Of a DNA stretch of 24,000 nucleotides, positions 6,626 through 14,521 are shown one piece after another; within the stretch, counting starts at the first letter, position 1, and each line of letters opens with the position of its first letter. The notes below the pieces were generated by a model. The model was given only the letters and a program-made list of their open reading frames with translations. It made no database searches and was not told the DNA's origin. The position numbers were made by a program, and so were the translations under genes. Source of the DNA: an uncultured Chloroflexia bacterium (GTDB lineage: Bacteria > Chloroflexota > Anaerolineae > Ardenticatenales > Ardenticatenaceae); contig CAWJTI010000001.1 of assembly GCA_963845765.1 (NCBI GenBank), positions 395,107-419,106 of the forward strand, written 5' to 3'.

Positions 6626-8440
6626 TTAGCGCACCAGCCGCCCCTGCCCGCGCCCCTCGATATAGTCGAGCGACTGGTGGCGGAAGTAGGTGTTGTACAG
6701 TTCGGCGTAGTGGCCACCCCGCGCCATCAACTCATCGTGGCTGCCCTCCTCGATGATCTGCCCCTGTTGCAGCACCAGGATGCGGTCCGCCGCCTTGACG
6801 GTGGACAGGCGGTGCGCGATCACGATCGAGGTGCGATCCTTGAAGATGGTTTCCAGCGCCTGCTGAATCTGCGCCTCGGTGAAGGGGTCAATGGAGGCGG
6901 TCGCCTCGTCGAGGATGAAGATGGCGGGGTTTTGCGCCAGCACGCGCGCCAGCACCACCAGTTGCCGCTGCCCCAGGCTGAGCCGCGCGCCGCGCTCGCC
7001 CACGTCGGTTTCCAACCCGTTCGGGAGGTTGTCGGTCCAGTCACTGCCGAGCGCCCGCGCCACCTGCGCCACCTCCGCGTCGCTCAGCTCGGGGCGCGCG
7101 TAGCGGATGTTGTCGGCCACCGTGCCCTCGAACAAAAAGGGCATCTGGCTGACGACCCCCAACTCGCGGCGGTACGCTTCCAGGTCAACGGTGCGGATAT
7201 CCTGACCGTCCACCAGCACGCGCCCCTGCTGGAACTCGTAAAAGCGCGTGACCAGCTTCGCGATGCTGGATTTCCCCGCGCCGGTGTGCCCGACCAGCGC
7301 GACGCTCTCGCCCGGACGGATGTGCAGGTCGAAGTTGCGCAGCACCCAGTCGTCGCTCTTGTACGCGAAGCAGACGTCCTCGAAGCGGATATCGCCCTCC
7401 AGATCACCCACCGGCTGCTGCTCGCTCTGCTGCACCACCGGCTTGGCGTCCATCAGGGCAAAGACACGCTCGGTAGCGCTTAGCCCCGCCTGAAATTGGC
7501 TCCAAAAAGAGGCAAGGTTGATCATCGGGAACCAGAAGCGGTCCACGCTGCTGATGAACAGAAACCAGTCGCCGGGGGAGACCGACCCGTCCACCACCTG
7601 GAGGCCGCCAAAATAAAGGATCACCGCCGTGCCGATGCCGCTGAACACGTTGAGCGTTGGGAAGAGGCTGGAGAGCACCATCCCCTTGCGGACGTTCGTG
7701 TCGTAGCTCGTCTCGTTGACCCCCGTGAACTCGTCGTAGATGCCCGCCTCGCGCCGGAAGTTTTTAGCGACCCCGATCCCCGTCACCGCTTCCTGGATGG
7801 CGACGTTGACCTCGGCCACGGCGCGCTGGCTGCGCTGCGTCACCGTCCGCGCGATGCCGCGAAAGCCCCATGCCACCCCAAAGGCCGCAGGCGACAGCAT
7901 GAGGACCAGCAGCGCCAGGTGCCACTCGACGGCGAAGAGCACAGCGAGCAGCAGCGCGGCGAGCAGCAGCTGGCTGCCCACGTCCACTACCAGCACGGCC
8001 ACGCGCCCGAACTCGTCGGTGTCGCTCGTGACGCGGCTGACGATGCGCCCCGACTGATACTCATCGTAGAAGCTCATGTCGTGGGTCATCGTCGCCTGAA
8101 AGGCATCGCGCCGCATCGCCATCACCACATCGCCGATCAGCCGCGAGGCAAGCCGCCGCTGGACCCAGTTGGTCACCCAGACCAGGATGCCAGTGACGAG
8201 CACCGCGCCGATCAACAGCGCGATCAGCCTATCGTTGCCGCTCGCCACCATCTTGTCCACCCCCTGCGCGACCAGCAGTGGCGCAGCCGCCCCGAAGATC
8301 GAGCGCAGAAAAAGCATCACCATGATGATGACGAGCCTGCCCTTCCACGGCTGAAAATAGCCCCAGATGCGCCCTATCAACTCGCGGTCGCTGTAGTCGC
8401 GGTCGAACCCCTCGGCGGTTAGTCCCTGGATGATGCTCAT
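6626..8440 (-). CDS. ABC exporter, fused permease/ATPase subunit (ABCB/MdlB-like), consensus-site partner of a heterodimer
   Basis: Six-TM N-terminal domain, Walker A GHTGAGKSS, signature LSLGQRQ, Walker B FILDEATA (D-E intact). The ATG at 8440 (MSIIQGL...) is preferred. An ATG at 8485 with a GGAG 5 nt upstream would add a heptamer-array-encoded extension ([15 protein letters not shown]). The track start at 8497 is TTG. Confidence 0.9.
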   Translation of the reverse strand: MSIIQGLTAEGFDRDYSDRELIGRIWGYFQPWKGRLVIIMVMLFLRSIFGAAAPLLVAQGVDKMVASGNDRLIALLIGAVLVTGILVWVTNWVQRRLASRLIGDVVMAMRRDAFQATMTHDMSFYDEYQSGRIVSRVTSDTDEFGRVAVLVVDVGSQLLLAALLLAVLFAVEWHLALLVLMLSPAAFGVAWGFRGIARTVTQRSQRAVAEVNVAIQEAVTGIGVAKNFRREAGIYDEFTGVNETSYDTNVRKGMVLSSLFPTLNVFSGIGTAVILYFGGLQVVDGSVSPGDWFLFISSVDRFWFPMINLASFWSQFQAGLSATERVFALMDAKPVVQQSEQQPVGDLEGDIRFEDVCFAYKSDDWVLRNFDLHIRPGESVALVGHTGAGKSSIAKLVTRFYEFQQGRVLVDGQDIRTVDLEAYRRELGVVSQMPFLFEGTVADNIRYARPELSDAEVAQVARALGSDWTDNLPNGLETDVGERGARLSLGQRQLVVLARVLAQNPAIFILDEATASIDPFTEAQIQQALETIFKDRTSIVIAHRLSTVKAADRILVLQQGQIIEEGSHDELMARGGHYAELYNTYFRHQSLDYIEGRGQGRLVR

Positions 8441-8443
8441 GGG

Positions 8444-8480
8444 TGGACGACCGACGACCGACGACCGACGACCGACAACG
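8444..8480. repeat. Heptamer tandem array (GACGACC)4, left arm of an inverted pair
   Basis: tggacgaccgacgaccgacgaccgacgaccgacaacgg. This is nearly identical to the reverse complement of 9067-9103. Positions 8444-8475 are identical to the reverse complement of 3872-3903. Confidence 0.95.
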
Positions 8481-8515
8481 GACATGCTACTCCGCAAGGT
8501 CTGCTCATTAGCATA

Positions 8516-8947
8516 TTAGCTCTCATCCGAAACAAATTCATCATTATTGTTCTCATAGAACGTGAATTCTTCACGAATCCAGCGTTGGTTAGGCACAATT
8601 GCTTGGCGAAATGCCTGTAGTTTGGCCGCTAGTCTATCAGCATCTTGGTATGCCTGCCTAAGCAAGGTTGTGTCTTTAAGGTACTGGCGACGGTTGATAA
8701 TATGTTGACACGCTACGGTTTCTACAAGCGAACGAAGGGCCAGCCCTATAAAACGCGCCTGCTCCGCATCCGTTTGCCCGGTTGAGCCCTCAGCAATGTT
8801 GAGAGCCACCGACGTTGCCGCTCGCCGCAACTGTGAGGCCAAATTATAAGTTTCGCTTGGAGGCAACTTTTCAGCAATCGCATAGACCAGATCGATATAC
8901 TCCAATGCTAATGTCCAAACCTCTAATTTTTCAAACTTGAAGGGCAT
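8516..8947 (-). CDS. Four-helix-bundle protein (23S rRNA intervening-sequence protein family, PF05635/TIGR02436; same fold family as the DGR accessory protein Avd)
   Basis: N-terminus FEKLEVWTLALEYIDLVYAIAEKLPPSETYNLASQLRRAATSVALNIAEGS is the family signature. A strong SD (ggaggtga) lies upstream. The gene is visibly much more AT-rich than both neighbours. Confidence 0.85.
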   Translation of the reverse strand: MPFKFEKLEVWTLALEYIDLVYAIAEKLPPSETYNLASQLRRAATSVALNIAEGSTGQTDAEQARFIGLALRSLVETVACQHIINRRQYLKDTTLLRQAYQDADRLAAKLQAFRQAIVPNQRWIREEFTFYENNNDEFVSDES

Positions 8948-9066
8948 CCCTCACCTCCACGTTCATCTTTTTAGATCTATCCGTGTCGGTCGTCGCACCC
9001 AGAGGGTACCCGACGGTCGTCCGTCGTCGCGCCCAGAGGTGGGTTCCCGCCTTGCGGGTACTGATT

Positions 9067-9103
9067 CCGTCGTCGGTCGTCGGTCGTCGGTCGTCGGTCG
9101 TCA
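9067..9103. repeat. Heptamer tandem array (GGTCGTC)4-5, right arm of the inverted pair. More degenerate copies lie at ~8984-9040.
   Basis: ccgtcgtcggtcgtcggtcgtcggtcgtcggtcgtca. The last three bases are the reverse-strand TGA stop of the upstream ABC gene. Confidence 0.95.
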
Positions 9104-10879
9104 AATTCGTGCAAAAATGTCGCGGTAGGCCCCCGATTCCGCGAGCAGCTGCTCGTGGGTGCCGTGGGCGACAACGCGCCCCTTTTTGAGGACGACGATC
9201 TTGTCGGCGTGGCGAATTTGGGAGAGGCGGTGGGTGATGAGGAGGGTGGTGCGCCCCTCGGCAGCCGCCTCGATGGCGCGCTGGATGCGATCCTCGGTGG
9301 CGCTGTCGATGGCGCTGGTCGAGTCGTCGAGGATGAGGACGGCGGGGTGAGAGAGGAAAGCGCGGGCCAGGGCCAGGCGCTGGCGCTGCCCACCGGAGAG
9401 CATCACGCCGCGCTCGCCAATCTCGGTGTCGAACCCCTCGGGGAAGGAGGAGATGAAGTTGTCGGCCTGCGCCGCGCGCGCCGCCGCGCGCACCTCCTCG
9501 TCGGTGGCGTCGGGGCGGCCAAAGCGAATATTCTCGCGGACCGAGCGGCTGAACAAAAAGATGTCCTGCTCGATGATCGAGATTTGGCGGCGCAGCGCCT
9601 CAAGGTCCCACTCGCGCACGTCCACCCCATCCACCAGGATGCGCCCCGCATCCACATCGTAGGTGCGGTTGATTAGCTTGGCGATGCTGCTCTTGCCCGC
9701 GCCGGTCTGCCCCACGATAGCAAGCGTTTGCCCAGGCTCCACCTCAAAAGAGATGTTAGACAGGGTGTCACCCTCCGGTCGCCGCCCGTCCGGCCCCTCC
9801 GACTTGTAGCGGAAGCTCACGTTCTCGAAGCGGATGTGGCCGCGCATCGGCTCGGCGATCCCGCCCTCGTTGCGGTCCACCGCGTGCTCCTCCTGCATCA
9901 GCTCCAAAATGCGCCGCGCGCTGGAGACGCCGGAGGAAACCTGCGAGTAGGCGAGCAGCGAGACGAACACGGGAAACCCGTAAAGGGAGATGAGCCCCTG
10001 GTAGGCCACCACATCGCCGATGGAGATGCTACCCGCCTGAAACAGGACGATCGAGTGCCAGAGCGCCGTGCCCTGCGCGATGCCGAGGAGCAGCAGCGGC
10101 AGGTAGCGCGCCTCCAACTCCCCCTGCTCCACAAAGGCGTCGCGCACCTTGCGCGTGAAACGCTCGAAGCGGCTGATCTCGCGCTCTTCCTGCGCCGCCC
10201 CCTTGACCGTCTCGATCCCCTCGATGGCCTGGGTGAGCGCCGCGTTCATCTGCCCGAAACTTTCGCGCACCTCCGCCGTGACGGGGTTTAGCTGGCCGAT
10301 GTAGTGGTAGAGCGCCCACACGTAGCTGACCATGAAGGCGATCGGGGTGGCGACAAGCGCGGGGTGGTAGGAGGGGGCGACCAGCAGCGGCATGACGAGG
10401 AACATGCCGGAGCCGATGACAAGGTTCAGTCCTGGGGCGAGCATCAGCGCGAGCTCGTGCACGTCGTTGGTCGCGCGGGCCATCATCTCGCCGCTGGGGT
10501 GCGAGTCGTGGAAGCGCATGCTCTTGCCCAACAGCGAGCCGTACAACTCATCGCGCGCGTCGCGCTCCAGCCGCTGCCCCAGCATCTCGCTGCCAAAGTT
10601 GCGCACCCACTGGAGCCCGCTGCGCACCATCTGGCTGACCAGCAGCCAGATCGTCGCCCAGAGCAGCACGCTCACCTCCGCTGGCTGGCGGACGATGGCA
10701 TCGAAGGCTTGCCCCGTGAAGATCGGGATGGCCGCCGCAAGGGCCGCGTTCCCGAAGGCCCCCGCCAGCACAACCAAGATGATCCACTTGTTCCGAATCA
10801 CGTGCGCCCAGATCCAACGCACCGGCCCGCGCCGCTCCGTGCGCCACGGGTGCGACACCACAAATTCACTCGTCGCCAT
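9101..10879 (-). CDS. ABC exporter, fused permease/ATPase subunit, degenerate-site partner of a heterodimer
   Basis: TM domain, Walker [10 protein letters not shown], signature LSGGQRQ. Walker B is LILDDSTS, with the catalytic Glu replaced by Asp, as in the degenerate half of asymmetric heterodimeric exporters. The ATG at 10879 (MATSEF...) is preferred over the TTG at 10936. Confidence 0.88.
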   Translation of the reverse strand: MATSEFVVSHPWRTERRGPVRWIWAHVIRNKWIILVVLAGAFGNAALAAAIPIFTGQAFDAIVRQPAEVSVLLWATIWLLVSQMVRSGLQWVRNFGSEMLGQRLERDARDELYGSLLGKSMRFHDSHPSGEMMARATNDVHELALMLAPGLNLVIGSGMFLVMPLLVAPSYHPALVATPIAFMVSYVWALYHYIGQLNPVTAEVRESFGQMNAALTQAIEGIETVKGAAQEEREISRFERFTRKVRDAFVEQGELEARYLPLLLLGIAQGTALWHSIVLFQAGSISIGDVVAYQGLISLYGFPVFVSLLAYSQVSSGVSSARRILELMQEEHAVDRNEGGIAEPMRGHIRFENVSFRYKSEGPDGRRPEGDTLSNISFEVEPGQTLAIVGQTGAGKSSIAKLINRTYDVDAGRILVDGVDVREWDLEALRRQISIIEQDIFLFSRSVRENIRFGRPDATDEEVRAAARAAQADNFISSFPEGFDTEIGERGVMLSGGQRQRLALARAFLSHPAVLILDDSTSAIDSATEDRIQRAIEAAAEGRTTLLITHRLSQIRHADKIVVLKKGRVVAHGTHEQLLAESGAYRDIFARI

Positions 10880-11206
10880 AGGTTGTCCGTGTGAGGGCAA
10901 GCCTTGTGGTTGCCCATCCCTGTAATTACTAAGCAATGCTAACTATTGTAGCGTAGCCGATTTAAGCGAATTTGCACAGTAGCGCAAATCACGCGATGTG
11001 GGGTGTCGGAACGGAAGGGATCGGGGGAGAAAAGCGGGGTAAATTGCTCGGGGCAGAGAAAGCCGCCAAGAGTGTGGGTTATGCCTAAGTAGATGTTGCG
11101 CTCTAGGCAAGCTTGGTTGCTCGTCTACACGACCATAGGAGATGGTATGCACACGGACAGCGGCGCTGCCTGGTTCGGCACACTCATAAAATGAGCGGAG
11201 TCATAA

Positions 11207-11256
11207 CGGGTGACGGGTAGCCCGCCGCTCTGAAGAACGTTGCTACCCGTCACCCG
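11207..11256 (-). terminator. Long perfect hairpin downstream of the ADH gene (terminator or RNA-stability element)
   Basis: cgggtgacgggtagc (11207-11221) and gctacccgtcacccg (11242-11256) form a perfect 15-bp stem with a 20-nt loop, 15 nt past the stop. No clean U-tract follows on the - strand. Confidence 0.45.
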
Positions 11257-11270
11257 GTTCTCCTATCATG

Positions 11271-12440
11271 TCAGGGTTTGAGGACCACCTTGATGCAATC
11301 TTCGTCGCGGTTCTTGAAGAGCTCGTAGCCCTTGGGTGCCTCGTCGAGCGACAAGTGGTGCGTGATGACGAAGCTGGGGTCGATGCGCCCCTCCTCGATC
11401 AGCTGCAGGAGCGGGCGCAGGTAGCGGTGAACGTGGGTCTGCCCCATCTTGAAGGTCAGCCCCTTGCCGAAGGCGGCACCCATCGGCACCTTGTCGATGA
11501 AGCCCCCGTATACCCCCGGAACAGAGACGGTGCCCCCCTTGCGGCAGGCAATGATCGCCTCGCGCAGGGCGATCGGGCGGTCATTTTCCAGCCCGGTCAT
11601 CTGCTTGGCGCGGTCGTACCACCACTCCATGCCTAAGCCGTGCGCCTCCATGCCGACCGCCTCGATGCAGGCATCGGGGCCGCGCCCGCCGGTCAGCTCC
11701 TTGAGCGCCTCGATGACGTCCTCCACCTCTTCATAGTTGAGCGTGAAGGCCCCGCCCGCCTGCGCCATCGCCAGCCGCTCGCTGTAGCGGTCAATGGCGA
11801 TCACCTGCCCCGCACCGAGCAGGTAGGCGCTACGGATGGCGAACTGCCCGACAGGACCACAGCCCCACACGGCCACGATGTCCCCGCCCTGGATGTTGCA
11901 GTTTTCCGCCGCCATGTAGCCAGTCGGGAAGATATCGGTCAGGAAGAGTACCTGCTCGTCGGTGAGCGAGTCAGGCACCTTGATCGGCCCGACGTTGGCG
12001 AAGGGCACGCGCGCGTACTCCGCCTGCCCGCCCGCGTAACCGCCCAGCATGTGGGAATAGCCAAAAATACCCGCGCCCGAGTAGCCGTATGCCTGCTCCG
12101 CGATGATCGCGTTCGGGTTGGAGTTGTCGCACAGCGACCACATCTCGCGCTGGCAAAAAAAGCAATGACCGCAAGCGATGGGGAAGGGCACCACCACGCG
12201 GTCACCTACCTGCAAATTGCTTACCTCGGGCCCGACCTCCACCACCTCGCCCATAAACTCGTGGCCGAGGATGTCGCCCGATTCCATAGTGGGAATCCAG
12301 CCGTCGTACAGGTGCAGGTCCGAGCCACAGATGGCCGTGGAAGTCACCTGCACGATGCAGTCGCGCGGGTTGATGATCTCGGGATCCGGCACGCTCTCGA
12401 CCTGCACGTCAAAGCGGCCACGCCAACACACTGCTTTCAT
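11271..12440 (-). CDS. Zinc-dependent alcohol dehydrogenase family protein (MDR superfamily, glutathione-independent formaldehyde-dehydrogenase-like)
   Basis: Catalytic Zn ligands are in context ([23 protein letters not shown]). A structural Zn Cys cluster is present ([15 protein letters not shown]), as is a Rossmann GxGxxG (VWGCGPVG). An aaggag SD lies upstream. Confidence 0.9.
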   Translation of the reverse strand: MKAVCWRGRFDVQVESVPDPEIINPRDCIVQVTSTAICGSDLHLYDGWIPTMESGDILGHEFMGEVVEVGPEVSNLQVGDRVVVPFPIACGHCFFCQREMWSLCDNSNPNAIIAEQAYGYSGAGIFGYSHMLGGYAGGQAEYARVPFANVGPIKVPDSLTDEQVLFLTDIFPTGYMAAENCNIQGGDIVAVWGCGPVGQFAIRSAYLLGAGQVIAIDRYSERLAMAQAGGAFTLNYEEVEDVIEALKELTGGRGPDACIEAVGMEAHGLGMEWWYDRAKQMTGLENDRPIALREAIIACRKGGTVSVPGVYGGFIDKVPMGAAFGKGLTFKMGQTHVHRYLRPLLQLIEEGRIDPSFVITHHLSLDEAPKGYELFKNRDEDCIKVVLKP

Positions 12441-12470
12441 GTATTTTTGTCTCCTTCGTGAGTGTAGGGC

Positions 12471-12965
12471 CTACGCCTGGGGCTCGTCGGTCGGTTCCTG
12501 GTTGCCGGTCGGCTGCCCCGTGATGGTGGCGATCTCGCCCGCCTCCATCAGCTGCTTGAAGCGGCGCAGCTCGTCCTGAAGCTTTTCCGCCATCCCCTCC
12601 TCGAAGAAGCCAGCGATGGCATCGCCCACCACGCCGCCGGGCGGGTTGTAGTCAAGTGTCGCGTGCACCTCGGTGCCACGCCCCTGGGGCGCAGCCTTGA
12701 ACAGCACCTTGCCCGCCGCCTCTACCGCGCTATCCGGCAGCGACTGCCAGGCGAGCAGTTCGTTGTCGCGGCTCTCGCTGATCTCACTTTCCCACTCGAC
12801 CCGTCGATCCAGCGGCAGCGCCACCACCCAGCGCGCTCGCCCCTCCCCCGTCGCCTGCACCGATTCCACATGCGCCATGAAACGGGGCAGGTTGTCCGGG
12901 TTGCGCCAAAACTGGTAGAGAGTGGCCGCATCCTTGTCGATCGTTACCGTTCGGTGTACCTGCAT
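12471..12965 (-). CDS. SRPBCC superfamily protein (polyketide cyclase/dehydrase-like, START/Bet v1 fold)
   Basis: MQVHRTVTIDKDAATLYQFWRNPDNLPRFMAHVESV...WESEI...LLAWQS is the typical pattern. The ATG at 12965 has an aggag SD. The longer track ORF (to 13076) would read through a repeat hairpin. Confidence 0.75.
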   Translation of the reverse strand: MQVHRTVTIDKDAATLYQFWRNPDNLPRFMAHVESVQATGEGRARWVVALPLDRRVEWESEISESRDNELLAWQSLPDSAVEAAGKVLFKAAPQGRGTEVHATLDYNPPGGVVGDAIAGFFEEGMAEKLQDELRRFKQLMEAGEIATITGQPTGNQEPTDEPQA

Positions 12966-13028
12966 CTTTTCCACTCCTGTGCGAGTCCAATACACGAGGC
13001 TGTCAAAAGCATACGTTGTGCCGCAAAC

Positions 13029-13093
13029 GGGTGAAGGGTGAAGGGGGCATGAGGCGTGGCCCGCTTTCCCATTCACTACGCCCCCTTCACCAC
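13029..13093. repeat. Inverted heptamer-type repeat (GGGTGAA x2 ... TTCACC) forming a hairpin directly after the GNAT-like gene stop
   Basis: ggtgaaggggg (13037-13047) pairs with cccccttcacc (13081-13091). The loop contains ccattcactacgcccc, the reverse complement of the 16-mer at 4525-4540. Confidence 0.85.
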
Positions 13094-13867
13094 TCAGAGG
13101 CGATGTACCACCCAGACATTGGGTTCGACATATAAGCCGAGATCGGCGCGGCGGTCGATGTGGACGGGGGCCAGTGCTCCCTTGACCAGATAGTCACCAC
13201 TTTCGGGAAAGCTCTGTCCGGTCCATTCCTCCCACTGCGTCACCGTCCCCTCAACCACCATGGAAGGATGCGCCAGACGCACGATTTCCCCACCCGCTCG
13301 CACATGCGCGCGCAGCCACGGATCTTCTGGTAGGCCATCGTCACGCTCCCACCACATGTAGCGCTGCATGGGCACCAGGGGGTACGCCTGCTTCTGCGTC
13401 GGGCGCACCGCCACGATCACGGCCCCAAAGCCATGGCCCCGCCCAAGGGCCTGTGCCGCTTGCAGCATCTTGTAGCTCACGCCCTGCCCCTGCGCCTCCG
13501 GGGAAATCGAGATTTCCAGGGCGACCAGGGTATTCGGCCCGATGCCCTTTGCGTGCCCCTCGGCCACTAGCTCCAAACTGTGCGCCCAGCCGATGGGTAG
13601 CTCCTCCACCTTCCCGCTCCACTGGAGGGGCGCACTTTGTAGCACCGCTACCGGCTCCCCTGCCGCATCCAGCAGGTAAAGTTGGTAGTCAGGGAAGAGA
13701 TCGCCCAGCACATGCCAGAGGCGATTGGCCGTGCGATCCTCGAACATGAAGGGGGGCCATAGCCGCTCCTTCTGCGCCCCGAAGCGCCGCGCCAGCTCCG
13801 GCTGCGCCTGTAAGGATACCAACGAGACTTCCTTGTTGTCGCTCTTCCCTTCTACGTTGTCCGCCAT
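13094..13867 (-). CDS. GNAT-like N-acetyltransferase family protein (tentative)
   Basis: The ORF has coherent composition. VALEISISPEAQGQGVSYKMLQAAQALGRGHGF resembles the GNAT acetyl-CoA (Q/R-x-x-G-x-G/A) motif. It is first in a co-oriented trio with the SRPBCC and ADH genes. Confidence 0.55.
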   Translation of the reverse strand: MADNVEGKSDNKEVSLVSLQAQPELARRFGAQKERLWPPFMFEDRTANRLWHVLGDLFPDYQLYLLDAAGEPVAVLQSAPLQWSGKVEELPIGWAHSLELVAEGHAKGIGPNTLVALEISISPEAQGQGVSYKMLQAAQALGRGHGFGAVIVAVRPTQKQAYPLVPMQRYMWWERDDGLPEDPWLRAHVRAGGEIVRLAHPSMVVEGTVTQWEEWTGQSFPESGDYLVKGALAPVHIDRRADLGLYVEPNVWVVHRL

Positions 13868-14214
13868 GGTTTCCTCTCCTTGTTGATGAGTGGTTGGGGA
13901 TTGACCCGCTACAAGCCATTTAAAAAACAGGGGATGCCGCCCATCGTAACGCTATACCACGCAGCTATGCCACCGCTAGCCGACAGGCTGTTGAATCTTG
14001 CCAGGTTTCTGGCGCGGCGGCGCGCTGTCCTCTCACCAGCTGCCGCGTGCGTGCGAGTGGCCTTATTTGAAAAAAGAGGACAATGGTCCTCTCAAGAGAT
14101 GTACCCCCTCTCCCATATAATTTCATGCAGCAAACTTTTATACTACTAAGCAACTTACCCCTCCCTTATGCGCCCACAAACCCTTGAAAGTAGCCGTGTA
14201 GTCGCACCTGCTTC

Positions 14215-14310
14215 AAGCGCACAGACGAAAAAGGCAAACCCATCGAGAGGTGGGGACGCAAAGCCACGGGTCCTACTGCCATTGCTGAGGATAGCCGGGT
14301 TGCCGACTCA
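14215..14310 (+). promoter_or_regulatory. c-di-GMP-I (GEMM-I) riboswitch aptamer
   Basis: gcgcacag..ggcaaaccCATC-GAGA-GGTGgggacgcaaagccacgggtcctactgccattgctgaggatagccgggttgccga. The conserved blocks GCAAACC, a GNRA-capped hairpin, GGGACGCAAAGCC, CCAUUGC and CGGGUUGCCGA occur in the order and spacing I recall for the V. cholerae Vc2 aptamer. GGCAA(A)CC pairs with GGGUUGCC as P1. Confidence 0.8.
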
Positions 14311-14340
14311 AGCACGAGAGAGTCTGCAATCTGGTTTTTT
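14295..14340 (+). terminator. Intrinsic terminator forming the riboswitch expression platform
   Basis: ccgggttgccgactc (14295-14309) pairs with gagtctgcaatctgg (14320-14334): 15 bp with one mismatch and two G-U pairs, a 10-nt loop, then T6 (14335-14340). The 5' arm reuses the aptamer 3' P1 strand. Confidence 0.65.
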
Positions 14341-14521
14341 GTTGCGCTTTCTCCACTGGATCGGCTTCTTCGTACACAGGGCTCCCAACATAAAAGGGGG
14401 AGATCGAAGAGAATGGCAGCCGCTCCTACAACGCAGCATCCCTACTGCCATCTGCTCTGTTCTGTGTTTGGCTAACAGCTCAGCATTCCGATCACTCACA
14501 ATGTAGTACAGGAGAAAACCC

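Noticed and set aside
8516-8947. Four-helix-bundle (Avd-like) gene considered as part of a diversity-generating retroelement.
   Set aside because: No reverse transcriptase ORF, template/variable repeat pair or target gene with a C-terminal variable region is present anywhere in the window. Only family membership supports the link.
277-9103. Heptamer arrays considered as CRISPR arrays.
   Set aside because: The units are 7 nt and directly abutting with no spacers. The arrays are only 30-50 nt long, and no cas genes are present.
14116-14121. TATAAT hexamer considered as the riboswitch promoter -10.
   Set aside because: There is no convincing -35 at 16-19 nt spacing (caagag/tcaaga only), and it lies ~95 nt upstream of the aptamer. 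I cannot assign the TSS from sequence.
13880-14506. ORFs 13880..14149 + and 14168..14506 + in the AT-rich spacer.
   Set aside because: They have no SD, odd composition and no family resemblance. The second is fully accounted for by the c-di-GMP riboswitch, its terminator and the protease leader.
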